Source of the DNA: Desertibacillus haloalkaliphilus
GTDB lineage: Bacteria > Bacillota > Bacilli > Bacillales > KJ1-10-99
Assembly (NCBI RefSeq): GCF_019039105.1
Contig: NZ_JAHPIV010000018.1
Span: forward strand, 1 to 32,000
Direction of reading: 5' to 3'
Length of the DNA stretch: 32,000 nt
Shown: piece after piece, positions 30,400 to 32,000 of the stretch
Position numbering within the stretch: the first letter of the stretch is position 1
Layout of the letters: every line of letters begins with the position of its first letter
Made by a program: the position numbers and the translations under genes
The notes under the pieces: model-generated
Databases searched by the model: none
Told to the model about the DNA's origin: nothing
Seen by the model: only the letters and a program-made list of their open reading frames with translations

Positions 30400-30893
30400 T
30401 TATCTACCACTCTCCAAGTAATTGACCTTCTCAAGTGCCCATCATCTATTAAAGGACTGCTGCTCCTCTTTTTCTTGATTGTTGATTCGGCATTAGGAGG
30501 TGTGTCAAGATTTCTGATTGTCCGACGTATCCTAGATACTAACTCTTCCCCAATTGCTTGATAAAAAGCATCAACACTCATTCTTCCAGTCAAAACTCGT
30601 CTTTCAATTAACTGTTGCATAAGGTCGGTCATATCATCCACTTCATTATCGAATGTTGACCGCAAAAATGAACGTTCAGGTATATTGATCTGAAAGCTAT
30701 AACTCGTCCCGTCTTTCCTGGACCCTTTTCTATTGATAGTTGCTCCAAATTCATGGACTGATGCGATCTTGACCATATCGCCGTCATCATCACCGAATAT
30801 CCCTATCTCTAATTTTTTTGAATTCAGTTCTTCTATAATCGAAAGAACATTAGGTATATTATTATTATCACGAACCTTAACCCTTCTCCCCAT
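30396..30893 (-). CDS. Virion morphogenesis / tail-completion protein (Mu gpG / HK97 gp10-like)
   Basis: VHEFGATI...IPERSFLRSTF...PLIDDGHLRRSITWRV matches the family pattern HEFG...IPxRxF...PLxxTGxLxxSI. Confidence 0.55.
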   Translation of the reverse strand: MGRRVKVRDNNNIPNVLSIIEELNSKKLEIGIFGDDDGDMVKIASVHEFGATINRKGSRKDGTSYSFQINIPERSFLRSTFDNEVDDMTDLMQQLIERRVLTGRMSVDAFYQAIGEELVSRIRRTIRNLDTPPNAESTIKKKRSSSPLIDDGHLRRSITWRVVDK

Positions 30894-31220
30894 TTACATC
30901 AACCTTAAAAGACCGCCATTAGTCTGTTTTAGCAGTCGTAAATATTCCTGACCATACTCAGTGCTTTTTAAATCATCACCTTGAGGGACATTAAAGGAGC
31001 TATTCATATCATGTATTGAATGACTAGTTGTTCTTCTCACATTCAAGCTAGCAAAATGTGCAGCTAAATTACGTTGAAGTCTTTCTTTTGTTTTCCCATT
31101 ACGAACCTTTTGCTTTTCCACTTCATCAATAGCATCTTCTATATACATTTCGATAGTTGCATCAGGCAATTTAGCCAAATGTTTAGCAATCGCTCTTACA
31201 CGATCAACAGTAGTGTCCAT
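30894..31220 (-). CDS. Head-tail connector / DNA-packaging (gp6-like) small protein
   Basis: 108-aa helical ORF, first in the connector block. Confidence 0.4.
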   Translation of the reverse strand: MDTTVDRVRAIAKHLAKLPDATIEMYIEDAIDEVEKQKVRNGKTKERLQRNLAAHFASLNVRRTTSHSIHDMNSSFNVPQGDDLKSTEYGQEYLRLLKQTNGGLLRLM

Positions 31221-31265
31221 TAGATCACCTCAATCATAAAATGAGCCCACCCGAATAAGGGCAGG

Positions 31266-32000
31266 CTAATCATCCTCTAATAAATCCTCAAGCACCGGTT
31301 CAGCGGTGCAACGACAATTGTAATCCGTTCCCGGCCATATTGTTTCACCACGTTCATTAGTAGCTCCCTTTGACCATTCGAATATTTCTCCATCTAAATC
31401 CTCATGGCTGTCACGAACCCTCTCATCTCCGCTAGTGGACCAACGGAAACGTTTTATACCCGATTCTTCTTGCCTTCGCTTTGTTAGATCGCCATGTATT
31501 GAACCCATTTGATCTCGAGCGATGAACCTGGCACGCCTTACTTCTACATTTCCTACTTCTGCAATTTCACTGGCCATGTTGCGAATGGAAGAGCCACGCC
31601 TAACACCTTGAGTAATGATGGTTTCGATCTTATCGTGATATTCGCTTTGTATGGATTTAATCCAGTTAACGTTATCTTGGATAGCAGTTTCTAAAAATGA
31701 AGATAACCATGGTTCATTACGTGTCGGATCAAACCCAAGAACCCTGCTCATTCGTTGTCCGAATCTACGTTTTTGATTGTTATTCATATCCTCCACGAAT
31801 CGTCTAACAATCCGTTCTACGATGGGGATAGAAAAGACTCTTTCCCCTTGTTGTCGTAATCGATTTGTAATTCTCCTTATTTCATCGTAAGGATCATTAA
31901 CCGTTAATCTGTTTGCTGTTAAATTTCTGTACTGGTGAATACGAGGAATGATTTCTTTTTGAAAAGCCGTCCAAATGTTTGAACGATTTTCCTCAATCAA
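31266..32000 (-). CDS. Phage head morphogenesis protein (SPP1 gp7 / Mu F family), N-terminus outside the window
   Basis: The C-terminal RFRWSTSGDERVRDSHEDLDGEIF...WPGTDYNCRCTAEPV is the hallmark Mu F / gp7 motif. The ORF is open to the window edge. Confidence 0.85.
   Translation of the reverse strand: MIEENRSNIWTAFQKEIIPRIHQYRNLTANRLTVNDPYDEIRRITNRLRQQGERVFSIPIVERIVRRFVEDMNNNQKRRFGQRMSRVLGFDPTRNEPWLSSFLETAIQDNVNWIKSIQSEYHDKIETIITQGVRRGSSIRNMASEIAEVGNVEVRRARFIARDQMGSIHGDLTKRRQEESGIKRFRWSTSGDERVRDSHEDLDGEIFEWSKGATNERGETIWPGTDYNCRCTAEPVLEDLLEDD

Overview
This reads as a low-GC Firmicute (Bacillaceae-like) chromosome segment. All calls come from hand translation and motif recall; no database search was possible. 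My own coordinates for small ORFs, hairpins and repeats are +/- 2 nt.

nt 1-1100: the right end of an IS21-family element, with a frameshifted istB helper gene, abuts a host SRPBCC gene.

nt ~1600-32000: the late and accessory part of a contractile-tailed prophage with PBSX/Mu-style baseplate synteny. All late genes are on the minus strand. Read right to left the order is:
- head-morphogenesis gene (partial)
- connector genes
- sheath and tube
- tail chaperone plus a small out-of-frame ORF
- tape measure
- baseplate (hub, spike, gp25-like, J-like, XkdU-like)
- a mosaic tail-fibre block ending in a BNR/Asp-box fibre
- XkdX
- an AT-rich moron
- S8 protease with an SLH domain, XhlA, holin, amidase

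Past the lysis genes lies about 7 kb of small accessory and regulatory genes: XRE, RHH-like proteins, a LexA DNA-binding-domain-only protein and several Cys4 zinc ribbons. A tightly coupled minus-strand operon follows (RHH-like, membrane protein, M23 peptidase with C-terminal TM helices, ~879-aa P-loop ATPase). Last is a very AT-rich two-gene module.

Best candidates for an undescribed system, in order:
1. A Panacea/DUF4065 (PanA-like) gene followed, across an intercistronic terminator, by a 755-aa five-TM protein with a large unassignable soluble domain (1598-4472).
2. The RHH/membrane/M23/ATPase cassette, which has a secretion- or DNA-translocation-like look, with an antisense 22-aa hydrophobic peptide gene inside it (4803-9432).
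3. An AT-rich moron between the tail fibres and the lysis genes, holding a frame-split Abi-alpha-like gene and a divergent 196-aa unknown (14194-15716).
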